Shown here: positions 9,073-20,250 of the stretch, one piece after another
Position numbering within the stretch: the first letter of the stretch is position 1
Layout of the letters: each line of letters starts with the position of its first letter
Assembly (NCBI RefSeq): GCF_000195955.2
Contig: NC_000962.3
Location: 510,001 to 542,000, forward strand
DNA from: Mycobacterium tuberculosis H37Rv
GTDB lineage: Bacteria; Actinomycetota; Actinomycetes; Mycobacteriales; Mycobacteriaceae
Direction: 5' to 3'
DNA length: 32,000 bases
Position numbers and translations under genes: made by a program
The notes under the pieces: model-generated
The model's database searches: none
What the model was told of the DNA's origin: nothing
Seen by the model: the letters and a program-made list of their open reading frames with translations, nothing else

Positions 9073-9567
9073 GTGCTGGTTACAGTGGGCTCGATGAATG
9101 AGCGTGTACCCGACTCTTCCGGGCTTCCCCTGCGGGCCATGGTGATGGTGCTGTTGTTTCTCGGCGTCGTCTTCCTGCTGCTCGTCTGGCAGGCACTGGG
9201 TTCGTCTCCGAACTCCGAGGACGACTCGTCAGCGATTTCCACCATGACCACCACCACTGCGGCGCCGACGTCGACCAGCGTTAAGCCCGCGGCGCCCCGG
9301 GCCGAGGTGCGCGTCTACAACATCTCAGGCACAGAAGGCGCCGCCGCGCGGACGGCCGATCGGCTCAAGGCGGCCGGTTTCACGGTCACCGACGTTGGGA
9401 ATCTATCGTTACCCGACGTCGCGGCGACCACGGTGTACTACACCGAAGTCGAAGGCGAACGGGCCACCGCCGACGCGGTAGGCCGGACGCTAGGAGCAGC
9501 GGTGGAGCTGCGACTGCCAGAGCTGTCCGACCAGCCGCCCGGGGTCATCGTCGTGGTGACCGGCTGA
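9073..9567 (+). CDS. virR: Membrane-anchored LytR_C-domain protein, VirR (vesiculogenesis and immune response regulator, Rv0431)
   Basis: 164 aa; N-terminal TM AMVMVLLFLGVVFLLLVWQA, Thr/Pro linker, then VRVYNISGTEGAAARTADRLKAAGFTVTDVGN typical of LytR_C. Confidence 0.88.
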   Translation: MLVTVGSMNERVPDSSGLPLRAMVMVLLFLGVVFLLLVWQALGSSPNSEDDSSAISTMTTTTAAPTSTSVKPAAPRAEVRVYNISGTEGAAARTADRLKAAGFTVTDVGNLSLPDVAATTVYYTEVEGERATADAVGRTLGAAVELRLPELSDQPPGVIVVVTG

Positions 9568-9599
9568 CGCTGATTCGAACGCCAGGTTAGGCTCTCGCT

Positions 9600-10322
9600 A
9601 TGCCAAAGCCCGCCGATCACCGCAATCACGCAGCTGTCAGCACGTCGGTCCTGTCCGCGTTGTTTCTGGGCGCCGGTGCCGCGCTGCTGAGCGCATGCTC
9701 GTCGCCGCAGCACGCGTCTACAGTTCCGGGTACCACGCCGTCGATTTGGACCGGATCGCCCGCGCCGTCGGGACTTTCGGGTCACGACGAGGAGTCGCCC
9801 GGTGCGCAGAGCCTGACCAGTACCCTGACGGCGCCCGACGGCACGAAGGTAGCGACCGCGAAGTTCGAGTTCGCCAACGGCTATGCCACCGTCACGATCG
9901 CGACGACCGGCGTCGGTAAGCTCACGCCCGGCTTCCACGGCCTACACATCCACCAGGTGGGTAAGTGTGAGCCCAACTCGGTTGCCCCCACCGGCGGTGC
10001 GCCCGGCAACTTTCTGTCCGCCGGCGGCCACTACCACGTGCCAGGGCATACCGGCACCCCCGCCAGCGGCGACCTGGCCTCGCTGCAGGTACGCGGTGAC
10101 GGTTCGGCGATGCTGGTGACCACCACCGACGCCTTCACCATGGACGACCTGCTGAGCGGCGCGAAAACCGCGATCATCATTCACGCCGGCGCCGACAACT
10201 TTGCCAACATTCCGCCAGAACGCTACGTCCAGGTCAATGGGACTCCGGGTCCCGACGAGACGACGTTGACCACCGGCGACGCCGGCAAGCGGGTGGCGTG
10301 CGGTGTCATTGGTTCCGGCTAG
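9600..10322 (+). CDS. sodC: Cu/Zn superoxide dismutase, secreted lipoprotein
   Basis: 240 aa; lipobox ALLSAC; [58 protein letters not shown]. Confidence 0.97.
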
Positions 10323-10323
10323 C

Positions 10324-11454
10324 TTGCCTGCCCGCAGGTCGGCCGCCCGAATTGATTTCGCAGGCTCACCGCGGCCCACCCTCGGTGTGGAGTGGGAGTT
10401 CGCGCTCGTTGACTCGCAGACCCGCGATCTGAGCAATGAAGCCACCGCGGTTATCGCCGAAATCGGCGAAAACCCGCGGGTCCACAAGGAATTGCTGCGC
10501 AACACCGTAGAGATTGTCAGCGGTATCTGCGAATGTACCGCCGAGGCAATGCAGGATCTGCGCGATACCCTGGGCCCCGCCCGTCAGATCGTGCGCGACC
10601 GCGGGATGGAGCTGTTCTGCGCGGGTACCCACCCCTTCGCGCGGTGGTCGGCCCAGAAGCTCACCGACGCGCCGCGGTACGCGGAGCTGATCAAACGCAC
10701 CCAGTGGTGGGGCCGGCAGATGCTGATCTGGGGTGTACACGTGCATGTCGGGATTCGCTCGGCGCACAAAGTGATGCCGATCATGACGTCGCTGCTCAAC
10801 TACTACCCGCATCTGTTGGCGCTCTCGGCCTCATCACCCTGGTGGGGTGGCGAAGACACCGGGTATGCCAGCAACCGGGCGATGATGTTCCAGCAGTTGC
10901 CCACCGCCGGGCTGCCGTTTCACTTTCAGAGGTGGGCGGAGTTCGAAGGTTTCGTGTACGACCAGAAGAAGACCGGCATCATCGACCATATGGACGAAAT
11001 CCGTTGGGATATAAGACCCTCACCCCATCTGGGCACCCTGGAGGTGCGGATCTGCGATGGCGTGTCCAACCTACGAGAGCTCGGCGCGCTGGTCGCGCTG
11101 ACGCATTGCCTGATCGTCGATCTGGACCGCCGCTTGGACGCCGGCGAAACGCTACCGACCATGCCTCCCTGGCACGTCCAGGAGAACAAGTGGCGTGCCG
11201 CCCGCTACGGCCTGGACGCGGTGATCATCTTGGACGCCGACAGCAACGAACGGCTGGTTACCGATGACCTCGCGGATGTGCTGACCCGGCTGGAGCCGGT
11301 CGCCAAGTCGCTGAACTGTGCCGACGAGCTTGCCGCGGTCTCCGATATCTACCGCGATGGCGCCTCCTACCAGCGGCAGCTGCGAGTGGCGCAGCAGCAT
11401 GACGGCGATTTGCGCGCGGTAGTTGACGCGCTGGTTGCCGAGCTGGTGATTTAG
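10324..11454 (+). CDS. Glutamate-cysteine ligase type 2 / YbdK-family carboxylate-amine ligase (Rv0433-like)
   Basis: TLGVEWEFALVDSQTRDLSNEA, GTHPFARWSAQKLTDAPRY, HVHVGIRSAHK, RWDIRPSPHLGTLEVRICD. The TTG start at 10324 gives 376 aa; the track ORF opens 7 codons earlier inside sodC. Confidence 0.9.
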   Translation: MPARRSAARIDFAGSPRPTLGVEWEFALVDSQTRDLSNEATAVIAEIGENPRVHKELLRNTVEIVSGICECTAEAMQDLRDTLGPARQIVRDRGMELFCAGTHPFARWSAQKLTDAPRYAELIKRTQWWGRQMLIWGVHVHVGIRSAHKVMPIMTSLLNYYPHLLALSASSPWWGGEDTGYASNRAMMFQQLPTAGLPFHFQRWAEFEGFVYDQKKTGIIDHMDEIRWDIRPSPHLGTLEVRICDGVSNLRELGALVALTHCLIVDLDRRLDAGETLPTMPPWHVQENKWRAARYGLDAVIILDADSNERLVTDDLADVLTRLEPVAKSLNCADELAAVSDIYRDGASYQRQLRVAQQHDGDLRAVVDALVAELVI

Positions 11455-11513
11455 CCGATGCGGGCTGGCTGAGTGTGACGTCCGCCAGCCGCGAGGAGAT
11501 TGAGGTTTAGGTG

Positions 11514-12167
11514 ATGGCCGATTTCGCGCCGGTTGAGTTGGCGATGTTCCCGCTCGAGTCGGCGCCGCTGCCCGACGAAGATCTGCCGTTGCACATCTTT
11601 GAGCCCCGCTACGCGGCGCTGGTCCGTGACTGCATGGACACCGCGGATCCTCGCTTCGGTGTTGTACTGATCTCGCGTGGCCGCGAGGTCGGCGGCGGCG
11701 ATACGCGATGTGATGTCGGGACGCTGGCCAGGATCACCGAATGCGCGGACGCGGGTTCGGGTCGCTATATGCTGCGCTGCCGGGTGGGCGAACGGATCCG
11801 GGTGTGCGACTGGCTGCCCGACGATCCGTACCCGCGTGCGAAGGTACGGTTCTGGCCCGACCAGCCGGGGCACCCAGTGACGGCTGCCCAGCTGCTGGAA
11901 GTCGAAGACCGGGTTGTGGCGCTATTCGAGCGGATCGCTGCCGCCCGGGGAGTTCGGCTGCCGGCCCGTGAGGTGGTATTGGGCTACCCGGTGGTTGACC
12001 CAGCCGATACCGGGCAGCGTCTGTACGCGCTGGCATGTCGAGTGCCGATGGGCCCGGCCGATCGGTACGCCGTGCTGGCGACGCCGTCGGCGGCCGATCG
12101 ATTGGTCCGCTTGGGTGACGCGCTGGACTCGGTGGCCGCGATGGTGGAGTTCGAGTTGTCGACGTAA
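11514..12167 (+). CDS. Lon protease N-terminal (substrate-binding) domain protein (Rv0434-like)
   Basis: 217 aa; MADFAPVELAMFPLESAPLPDEDLPLHIFEPRYAALVRDCM...FGVVLISRG; no AAA+ or protease domain. Confidence 0.88.
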   Translation: MADFAPVELAMFPLESAPLPDEDLPLHIFEPRYAALVRDCMDTADPRFGVVLISRGREVGGGDTRCDVGTLARITECADAGSGRYMLRCRVGERIRVCDWLPDDPYPRAKVRFWPDQPGHPVTAAQLLEVEDRVVALFERIAAARGVRLPAREVVLGYPVVDPADTGQRLYALACRVPMGPADRYAVLATPSAADRLVRLGDALDSVAAMVEFELST

Positions 12168-12346
12168 CTGCCCTACGCGGTGCGTCTGACCCACTGGGCC
12201 TGAACCACATTCACTGCGCCGAGCACCATATACGGACCCGTCACCGCCGGCAAGCGCATCCGGGTGCGGAACCGGCTCGACAATGGTCAACGCCTTCGCA
12301 CCATTGCCGACCAGTACCCGCAATTGCTCGACTTCATCAGTGGTCG

Positions 12347-14533
12347 CTAGGACCGAAGGTCACCCTTGGTGCCGAACTTACGCAGCGACGCCACCTGCAG
12401 CGGATCCAGCGACGCGCGCACGGTTTCTCGCGCGGTCGCCAGGTCGGCGGCGGTGACGTTGGCGGCATCGATGGAACGCCGCATCGCGGTAAGCGCGGCT
12501 TCGCGCAGCAGCGCCACACAGTCGGCGGCACTATAACCGTCGAGTCCGGCTGCCACCTCGTCCAGGTCGACGTCGGAGCTCAGCGGGATCGACTTGCCAG
12601 CGGTGCGCAGGATTTCGCGGCGAGCGGCAGCGTCGGGCGGTTCAACGAACACCAGCCGTTCTAGCCGCCCCGGGCGCAGCAGCGCCGGGTCTATCAGATC
12701 GGGCCGGTTGGTCGCGCCTAGCATGACGACATCCCGCAGCGGGTCAATACCGTCGAGCTCAGTCAGCAGCGCGGCCACCACCCGGTCGGAGACGCCCGAG
12801 TCGAAGCTCTGACCGCGCCGTGGCGCCAGAGCGTCCAGCTCGTCGAGGAACACCAGTGACGGCGCGGAGTCGCGGGCCCGCCGGAATAGCTCGCGGACTG
12901 CCTTCTCCGAGGAGCCCACCCACTTGTCCATCAGCTCCGACCCTTTGACGGCATGCACGCTCAACTGTCCGGTGCTGGCCAGGGCACGAACCACAAAGGT
13001 CTTGCCGCAGCCGGGCGGGCCGTACAGCAACACCCCGCGCGGCGGTTCGACACCTAGCCGAGCGAAGGTGTCGGGGTGCTGCAGCGGCCACAGCACCGCC
13101 TCGGTCAGTGCTTGTTTGGCCGCGGCCATGTCACCGACATCGTCGAGCGTCACGTCACCCACGGTGACTTCGTCGCTGGCCGAGCGGGACAGCGGCCGGA
13201 TGACGGTCAACGCACCGAGGAGGTCGTCTTGGTGCAGCATCGGTGGTCGGCCGTCGGCACTGGCTCGAGACGCTGCCCGCAGCGCCGCCTCGCGAACCAG
13301 CGCAGCCAGGTCGGCCACGACGAAACCCGGTGTGCGGGAGGCGATTTCGTCGAGGTTGAGGTCTCCGGTAGGAACCGGATTCAGCAGCGCCTCCAGCAGC
13401 GATTTGCGGGTGGCCGCGTCGGGCAGCGGCAGGCCAAGCTCCCGGTCGCACAACTCGGGGGAACGCAGCCGGGCATCGAGTTGATCGGGCCGTGCTGAGG
13501 TGGCGATCAATACCACACCGGCGGTGGCCACCGCGGTACGCAGCTCGGACAGGATCAGCGAGGCTACCGGCTCGGCGGCGGCTGGCAGCAGGGCGTCGGC
13601 ATCGGTGATCAGCAACACACCGCCCTCATGGCGAACCGCCTGCACTGCCGAGGCCACGGCTTTGACCCGGTCTCCGGCGGCCAGAGCTCCAATCTCCGGA
13701 CCATCCAGTGTCACCAACCTTCGGCCGTCGCACACCGCGCGCACCAGCGTCGCCTTGCCCACCCCGGCCGGACCCGACACCAGCACACCCAAATTGGTGC
13801 CGGCGCCCAAGGTCTGTAGTAGGTGCGGCTCATCGAGGGCAAGCTTGAGCCATTCGGTGAGCTTGGCAGCCTGCGGCTGGGCGCCCTTGAGCTCTTCGAT
13901 CTGGATCTCCGGACTCGAGATGCTCACTTGCCCGGCCGTGGACGTACCCATTGCGGCCGGGACCCCAGCGCCCCAGGTGACCAGCGAGTTGGGCTGCACG
14001 CTGACCGGCCCGTCGGGGTCGACGCCGGTAACGGTCAGCAGCTCCGAGGTCCAACTGATCCCGACCGCAGCTGCCAATGCGCGGCTGGCAGCCGACGTGG
14101 ATGTGCCGGGGCCTAGATCGCGGGGCAGCAGCGAGACCGCGTCACCGACGGTCATCACCTTGCCGAGTAGGGCCTGCCGCAGCGTGACCGGCGGCACCGA
14201 CTGGGTGGCCAGCGTTGAACCGCTCAGCGTCACCGATCGCGCTCCGTAGACGGTGACCGGGCTGACGATCACCTCGGTGCCTTCGCGAAGGCCCGCATTG
14301 GACAGTGTGACGTCATCGAGCAGCACCGTCCCGACCGCGGTGTCTGCCGCGGCCAGGCCGGCGACCGCGGCGGTTGTCCGAGAGCCGGTCAGCGACACCG
14401 CGTCCCACTCGCGGATGCCAAGGGCAGCAATGGCATTGGGGTGCAACCGAACGACGCCGCGGCGTGAGTCGACGGCCGAGGTGTTCAGCCGGGCGGTAAG
14501 GGTGAGTTGGCGGGCCGGGTCCGGGTGGGTCAC
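12347..14533 (-). CDS. CDC48/VCP-like double AAA+ ATPase (Rv0435c-like), 728 aa from a GTG start
   Basis: Two AAA+ modules: GPAGVGKATL (D1) and GPPGCGKTFVVRA, SLVFLDELDALAPRRG, GATNRPDLIDPALLRPGRLERLVFVEPP (D2). The N-terminal region is VCP-like. Confidence 0.92.
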   Translation of the reverse strand: MTHPDPARQLTLTARLNTSAVDSRRGVVRLHPNAIAALGIREWDAVSLTGSRTTAAVAGLAAADTAVGTVLLDDVTLSNAGLREGTEVIVSPVTVYGARSVTLSGSTLATQSVPPVTLRQALLGKVMTVGDAVSLLPRDLGPGTSTSAASRALAAAVGISWTSELLTVTGVDPDGPVSVQPNSLVTWGAGVPAAMGTSTAGQVSISSPEIQIEELKGAQPQAAKLTEWLKLALDEPHLLQTLGAGTNLGVLVSGPAGVGKATLVRAVCDGRRLVTLDGPEIGALAAGDRVKAVASAVQAVRHEGGVLLITDADALLPAAAEPVASLILSELRTAVATAGVVLIATSARPDQLDARLRSPELCDRELGLPLPDAATRKSLLEALLNPVPTGDLNLDEIASRTPGFVVADLAALVREAALRAASRASADGRPPMLHQDDLLGALTVIRPLSRSASDEVTVGDVTLDDVGDMAAAKQALTEAVLWPLQHPDTFARLGVEPPRGVLLYGPPGCGKTFVVRALASTGQLSVHAVKGSELMDKWVGSSEKAVRELFRRARDSAPSLVFLDELDALAPRRGQSFDSGVSDRVVAALLTELDGIDPLRDVVMLGATNRPDLIDPALLRPGRLERLVFVEPPDAAARREILRTAGKSIPLSSDVDLDEVAAGLDGYSAADCVALLREAALTAMRRSIDAANVTAADLATARETVRASLDPLQVASLRKFGTKGDLRS

Positions 14534-15390
14534 AGCCGTCGACCCGGCTTGCGCAGGCCCAGCCGCGCCATCGACGGCCGGTAGGGATGCGCCCGGCGGC
14601 TCGCGCGCCGCACCGCGCGCCGTTGCTTGGGCTTGTCGTCCCACACCTCAGGGTGTTGGGCAAGCCAGCGCTGGCTGCGCACCGCGAAAGGAATATGGCA
14701 CATGTAGGCGATGATGATCACCCAGATCAACAAGTAGGGGGCCAGGACTGCGGCCGCCGCGCAGATAGCCAGCACCGCCAGCAGGGCGGCCGCGTAGTTG
14801 GGTGGTACCGACACGGCGTGCATCTTTTTCATCGGGATCCCGCTGACCAAGAGTATCGACGTTCCCGTCACCCAAAAGCTGAGGAACCAGCCCGAGGTCC
14901 ACCATCCTTCGCCGAACTGCATTTTGAGGGCTAGCAGGCCGATCATGGAAACCGCGCCCGCCGGCGCGGGCATTCCGACGAAGAATTCATGCGCGTAGGC
15001 GGGCTGGGTTCCGTCGTCCTGCAGTGCGTTGTACCGCGCCAGCCGTAATACCACGCACACCGCGTAGAGCAGCACGACCACCCAACCGACCGGCCACTTC
15101 GACAACATCGACACGTAAAGCACCAGCGCGGGTGTCACTCCGAAGTTCACCGCGTCGGCCAGTGAGTCGATCTCTGCGCCCATCCGCGACTGGGCATCCA
15201 GGATGCGGGCCACCCGGCCGTCGAGCCCGTCGAGGATGGCCGCTGCGGCGATCAGTGCCATCGCGGCCTTCGGCTGGTGCTCGAGCGCAAACTTGATTGC
15301 GGTCAGTCCCGCGCAAATGGACAGCACCGTCATCGCGCTGGGCAGTATCTGCAGGTTTACCCCTCGCCTGCCGCGGGGCTTTCCGATCAT
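14530..15390 (-). CDS. pssA: CDP-diacylglycerol-serine O-phosphatidyltransferase
   Basis: 286 aa from [10 protein letters not shown]; CDP-alcohol phosphatidyltransferase signature [35 protein letters not shown]; 4-nt overlap with the downstream AAA+ gene. Confidence 0.96.
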   Translation of the reverse strand: MIGKPRGRRGVNLQILPSAMTVLSICAGLTAIKFALEHQPKAAMALIAAAAILDGLDGRVARILDAQSRMGAEIDSLADAVNFGVTPALVLYVSMLSKWPVGWVVVLLYAVCVVLRLARYNALQDDGTQPAYAHEFFVGMPAPAGAVSMIGLLALKMQFGEGWWTSGWFLSFWVTGTSILLVSGIPMKKMHAVSVPPNYAAALLAVLAICAAAAVLAPYLLIWVIIIAYMCHIPFAVRSQRWLAQHPEVWDDKPKQRRAVRRASRRAHPYRPSMARLGLRKPGRRL

Positions 15391-16082
15391 CGACATTCGG
15401 CCAGCACGGTCTCGCCGGCGACCGCGCGCTGGCCGACGTTGACGATCGGCTCTGCGCCCGCTGGCAGGTAGGTATCCAGCCGGGAGCCGAACCGGATCAG
15501 GCCGTAGGTGTCACCGATGGCCAGCTTGTCTCCGACGTGTGCGTCGCACACAATGCGGCGCGCCACCAGCCCGGCGATCTGCACCGCGACCACCTCGGCG
15601 CCGTTGGGCATGCGGATCCGCACACTGGTGCGCTCGTTGTCGTCGCTCGCCTCCGGTAGGTCGGCCGACCCGAACCGGCCCGGCCGGTGTTGCACGGCGA
15701 TCACTTCCCCGCTCACCGGGGCACGTTGCACGTGGGCGTCCAATATCGACAGGAAGATGCTGACTCGCGGTAACGGCGTGTCACCCATGCTGAGTTCGGC
15801 CGGTGGGGCCGCTGAGTCGATCGCGCAGATCACGCCGTCGGCGGGCGCGACAATGGCAGCCGGCCTGGTGGGCGGTACCCGCTGCGGGTGCCGGAAGAAG
15901 CCCGCGCAGGCAGCGGCCGCCAGCAGACCCGTGCCGCGCAACCACCGGTAGCGGTGTCCGACGGCCGCAATCGCAAGGCCGGCGGCAATGAACGGCCGCC
16001 CGGCCGGATGAACCGGTGGAACGGCGGACCGCACCAGGGCGAGCAGATGTTGCGGGCCGTCGGGGCGGGGGCGTCTGGCCAC
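15387..16082 (-). CDS. psd: Phosphatidylserine decarboxylase (short form)
   Basis: 231 aa; [30 protein letters not shown]-like [19 protein letters not shown], conserved LGLIRFGSR-like [15 protein letters not shown] (GS processing site). Confidence 0.96.
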   Translation of the reverse strand: MARRPRPDGPQHLLALVRSAVPPVHPAGRPFIAAGLAIAAVGHRYRWLRGTGLLAAAACAGFFRHPQRVPPTRPAAIVAPADGVICAIDSAAPPAELSMGDTPLPRVSIFLSILDAHVQRAPVSGEVIAVQHRPGRFGSADLPEASDDNERTSVRIRMPNGAEVVAVQIAGLVARRIVCDAHVGDKLAIGDTYGLIRFGSRLDTYLPAGAEPIVNVGQRAVAGETVLAECR

Positions 16083-16142
16083 GGGGTCATCTTACGGAGC
16101 TTCGTGCCGCAGGTTGGGTGCACGGCACTAGGATCGGTCCGG

Positions 16143-17360
16143 TTAGGTCAAGTCCCAGACTTGCAGCTGCGTTCCGGCAGCCACCTCCACGACGTCCTCC
16201 GGGATGTCCAGAAGTCCGTTGGCCGATGCCAACCAACGCAAATGGTGCGACGCCGGTGGGCCGTAGCTGATGACCGTGCCTGCCTGGTGATCGAGTATTG
16301 CGCGTCGGAACTGACGTTTGCCGCGCGGCGATGTCAGGCTCGCGGTGAGTACCGCGCTTCGGTGCGGCCGGTACGGATCCGGCAGGCCCATGGCCATGCG
16401 CAGCGGGGGACGGATGAACACCTCGAAGGACACCAGCGCGCTGACCGGGTTGCCGGGAAGGGTGACGATCGGCGTACCTGCCACCCGCCCGACGCCCTGG
16501 GGCATTCCGGGTTGCATCGCCACCTTGACGAATTCGACACCGTGGTCGCCTCCCCGGTAGTCAGCGCTGCCGAACGCGTCTTTGACCACCTCGTAGGCTC
16601 CGGCACTGACACCGCCGCTGGTGATGATCAGGTCGGCGTCCACCGCGTACCGGTCAAGGATCGCGCCGAACTGCGCGACGTCGTCGCCGGCGGTTGCGGT
16701 GGCGACCACAGCGGCGCCCGCATCGCGGACGGCAGCGGCCAGCATGATCGAGTTGGACTCGTAGATCTGACCCGGTTGTAGGGGCGTGCCTGGCGACGCC
16801 AGCTCCGACCCTGTGGAGATCACCAGCACCCGCTGACGGGGGAGCACCGGCAGCTCGGCCAAACCCAGCGCGGCGGCCAGGCCGAGCACCGCCGGGGTCA
16901 CGATCTGGCCGTTGTGCAGCACCGTGGTACCGGCGGCGACGTCTTCGCCCGACCGTCGGATGTGCTTGCCTGGGGTGGCCTGTTGGCGGATCGCCACCGA
17001 ATCGACGCCGCCGTCGGTGGCTTCGACCGGCACGATCGCCGTCGCACCGGTGGGCACTGGCGCACCGGTCATGATCCGGTGCGCAGTCACAGGCTGCAGC
17101 GTCAGCATGTCGGCGCGCCCGGCGGGAATGTCCTCGGCGACCGGCAACATCACCGGATTTTGCGGTGTGGCACCTGAGGTGTCTTCGGCGCGCACCGCAT
17201 AGCCATCCATTGCGGAGTTGTCGAAAACCGGCAGCGACAGCGGTGCGACCACGTCGCCGCCCAGGACCAGACCTTGAGCCTGGGTCAGCGGAACCGTAAT
17301 CGGGCGACAGGCGCGCATCATCTCCGCTACGACACGTTGATGCTCCTGGACTGACCGCAC
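16143..17360 (-). CDS. moeA2: Molybdopterin molybdenumtransferase MoeA paralogue
   Basis: 405 aa; PVFDNSAMDGYAVRAED, GTPLQPGQIYESNSIMLAA, ITSGGVSAGAYEVVKDAF, TPIVTLPGNPVSALVSFEVFIRP. Confidence 0.95.
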   Translation of the reverse strand: MRSVQEHQRVVAEMMRACRPITVPLTQAQGLVLGGDVVAPLSLPVFDNSAMDGYAVRAEDTSGATPQNPVMLPVAEDIPAGRADMLTLQPVTAHRIMTGAPVPTGATAIVPVEATDGGVDSVAIRQQATPGKHIRRSGEDVAAGTTVLHNGQIVTPAVLGLAAALGLAELPVLPRQRVLVISTGSELASPGTPLQPGQIYESNSIMLAAAVRDAGAAVVATATAGDDVAQFGAILDRYAVDADLIITSGGVSAGAYEVVKDAFGSADYRGGDHGVEFVKVAMQPGMPQGVGRVAGTPIVTLPGNPVSALVSFEVFIRPPLRMAMGLPDPYRPHRSAVLTASLTSPRGKRQFRRAILDHQAGTVISYGPPASHHLRWLASANGLLDIPEDVVEVAAGTQLQVWDLT

Positions 17361-17378
17361 CCGGCCATTATCGGTCGT

Positions 17379-18314
17379 TCAGACTCCGAAGCTGACGCCG
17401 GTGAGTTCTTCGGAGACGGTCCAGAGGCGGCGCTGCAGATCTTTGTCGTGGGACTGCGCGCTGGATTGGACCACCTTCGGGTGACCGCGCTGCTCGCCGA
17501 ACCCGTCCGGGCCGTAGTATTGCCCGCCCTGCGTGGTCGGATCGGTGGCGGCACGCAGTGTTGGCAGGGCGCCCATCTCTGGGCTTTGGAAAAGCAACGG
17601 CCCGAGCACGGTAGCGACGGGCCGGATAAGTCGCGGCAGGTTGCGAGTCAGCTCGGTGTTGGAGCCGCCAGGGTGAGCGGCGACGGCGATGGTGGATTTG
17701 CCCGCTTCGCCCAGCCGGCGTTGCAGCTCGTAGGTGAACAGCAGATTAGCCAGTTTGGCTTGTCCGTAGGCGGCGACGCGGTTGTAACGGCGTTCCCACT
17801 GCAAGTCGTCGAAGTGGATGGCAGCGTGAATCCGGTGGCCCTGGCTGCTGACGGTCACCACCCGCGAACCGGGTACCGGCAGCATGTGGTCGAGTACCAG
17901 TCCGGTTAGTGCGAAATGACCGAGATGGTTGGTACCGAACTGCAGCTCGAAACCGTCCTTGGTGACCTGCTTCGGCGTCCACATCACGCCGGCGTTATTG
18001 ATTAGCACGTCGATGCGCGGATAGGCCGTGCGTAACGCGTCGGCGGCTGCGCGCACCGAGTCCAGCGAGCACAGATCGAGTTGCTGCAGCGTGACGTGGG
18101 CGCCTGGGCGGGCGGCCATGATGCGGGCCCGGGCGGCGTTGCCCTTCTCGAGATTGCGGACGGCCAACACTACGTGTGCACCGCGGTCGGCAAACACGGC
18201 GGCGGTGTGGTAGCCGATGCCGGTGTTGGCGCCGGTGACCACAACGACGCGCCCGCTTTGATCGGGGACGTCTGCGGCCGACCATTTACGGGTCTTGTTG
18301 TCGTTGGCGGTCAT
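17379..18314 (-). CDS. Short-chain dehydrogenase/reductase (Rv0439c-like)
   Basis: 311 aa from MTANDNKTRKW; VVTGANTGIGYHTA, NNAGVMWTP, YGQAKLANLLF (YxxxK). Confidence 0.93.
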   Translation of the reverse strand: MTANDNKTRKWSAADVPDQSGRVVVVTGANTGIGYHTAAVFADRGAHVVLAVRNLEKGNAARARIMAARPGAHVTLQQLDLCSLDSVRAAADALRTAYPRIDVLINNAGVMWTPKQVTKDGFELQFGTNHLGHFALTGLVLDHMLPVPGSRVVTVSSQGHRIHAAIHFDDLQWERRYNRVAAYGQAKLANLLFTYELQRRLGEAGKSTIAVAAHPGGSNTELTRNLPRLIRPVATVLGPLLFQSPEMGALPTLRAATDPTTQGGQYYGPDGFGEQRGHPKVVQSSAQSHDKDLQRRLWTVSEELTGVSFGV

Positions 18315-18389
18315 GGGCCGAACATACTCACCCGGATCGGAGGGCCGAGGACACGGTCGAACGAGGGGCATGACCCGGTGCGGGGCTTC

Positions 18390-18415
18390 TTGCACTCGGC
18401 ATAGGCGAGTGCTAA
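18390..18415 (+). promoter_or_regulatory. CIRCE element 1 (HrcA operator)
   Basis: TTGCACTC-GGCATAGGC-GAGTGCTAA: GCACTC/GAGTGC arms separated by exactly 9 nt. Confidence 0.93.
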
Positions 18416-18419
18416 GAAT
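18390..18419 (+). promoter_or_regulatory. Candidate sigma-A-type groEL2 promoter (-35 TTGCAC, 17-nt spacer, -10 TAAGAA)
   Basis: TTGCAC at 18390-18395 and TAAGAA at 18413-18418, overlapping CIRCE 1. Confidence 0.5.
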
Positions 18420-18424
18420 AACGT

Positions 18425-18450
18425 TGGCACTCGCGACCGGTGAGTGCTAG
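18425..18450 (+). promoter_or_regulatory. CIRCE element 2 (HrcA operator)
   Basis: TTGGCACTC... GCACTC at 18427-18432, 9-nt spacer GCGACCGGT, GAGTGC at 18442-18447. Confidence 0.88.
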
Positions 18451-18547
18451 GTCGGGACGGTGAGGCCAGGCCCGTCGTCGCAGCGAGTGGCAGCGAGGAC
18501 AACTTGAGCCGTCCGTCGCGGGCACTGCGCCCGGCCAGCGTAAGTAG

Positions 18548-20230
<1,683 letters not shown>

Positions 20231-20250
20231 CCCCGGCGAGAAGTCGCAGC

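Noticed and set aside
15888-16781. Plus-strand 297 aa ORF spanning the psd start and moeA2
   Set aside because: Antisense to well-supported genes, with no domain motifs. The overlapping moeA2 motifs are unambiguous.
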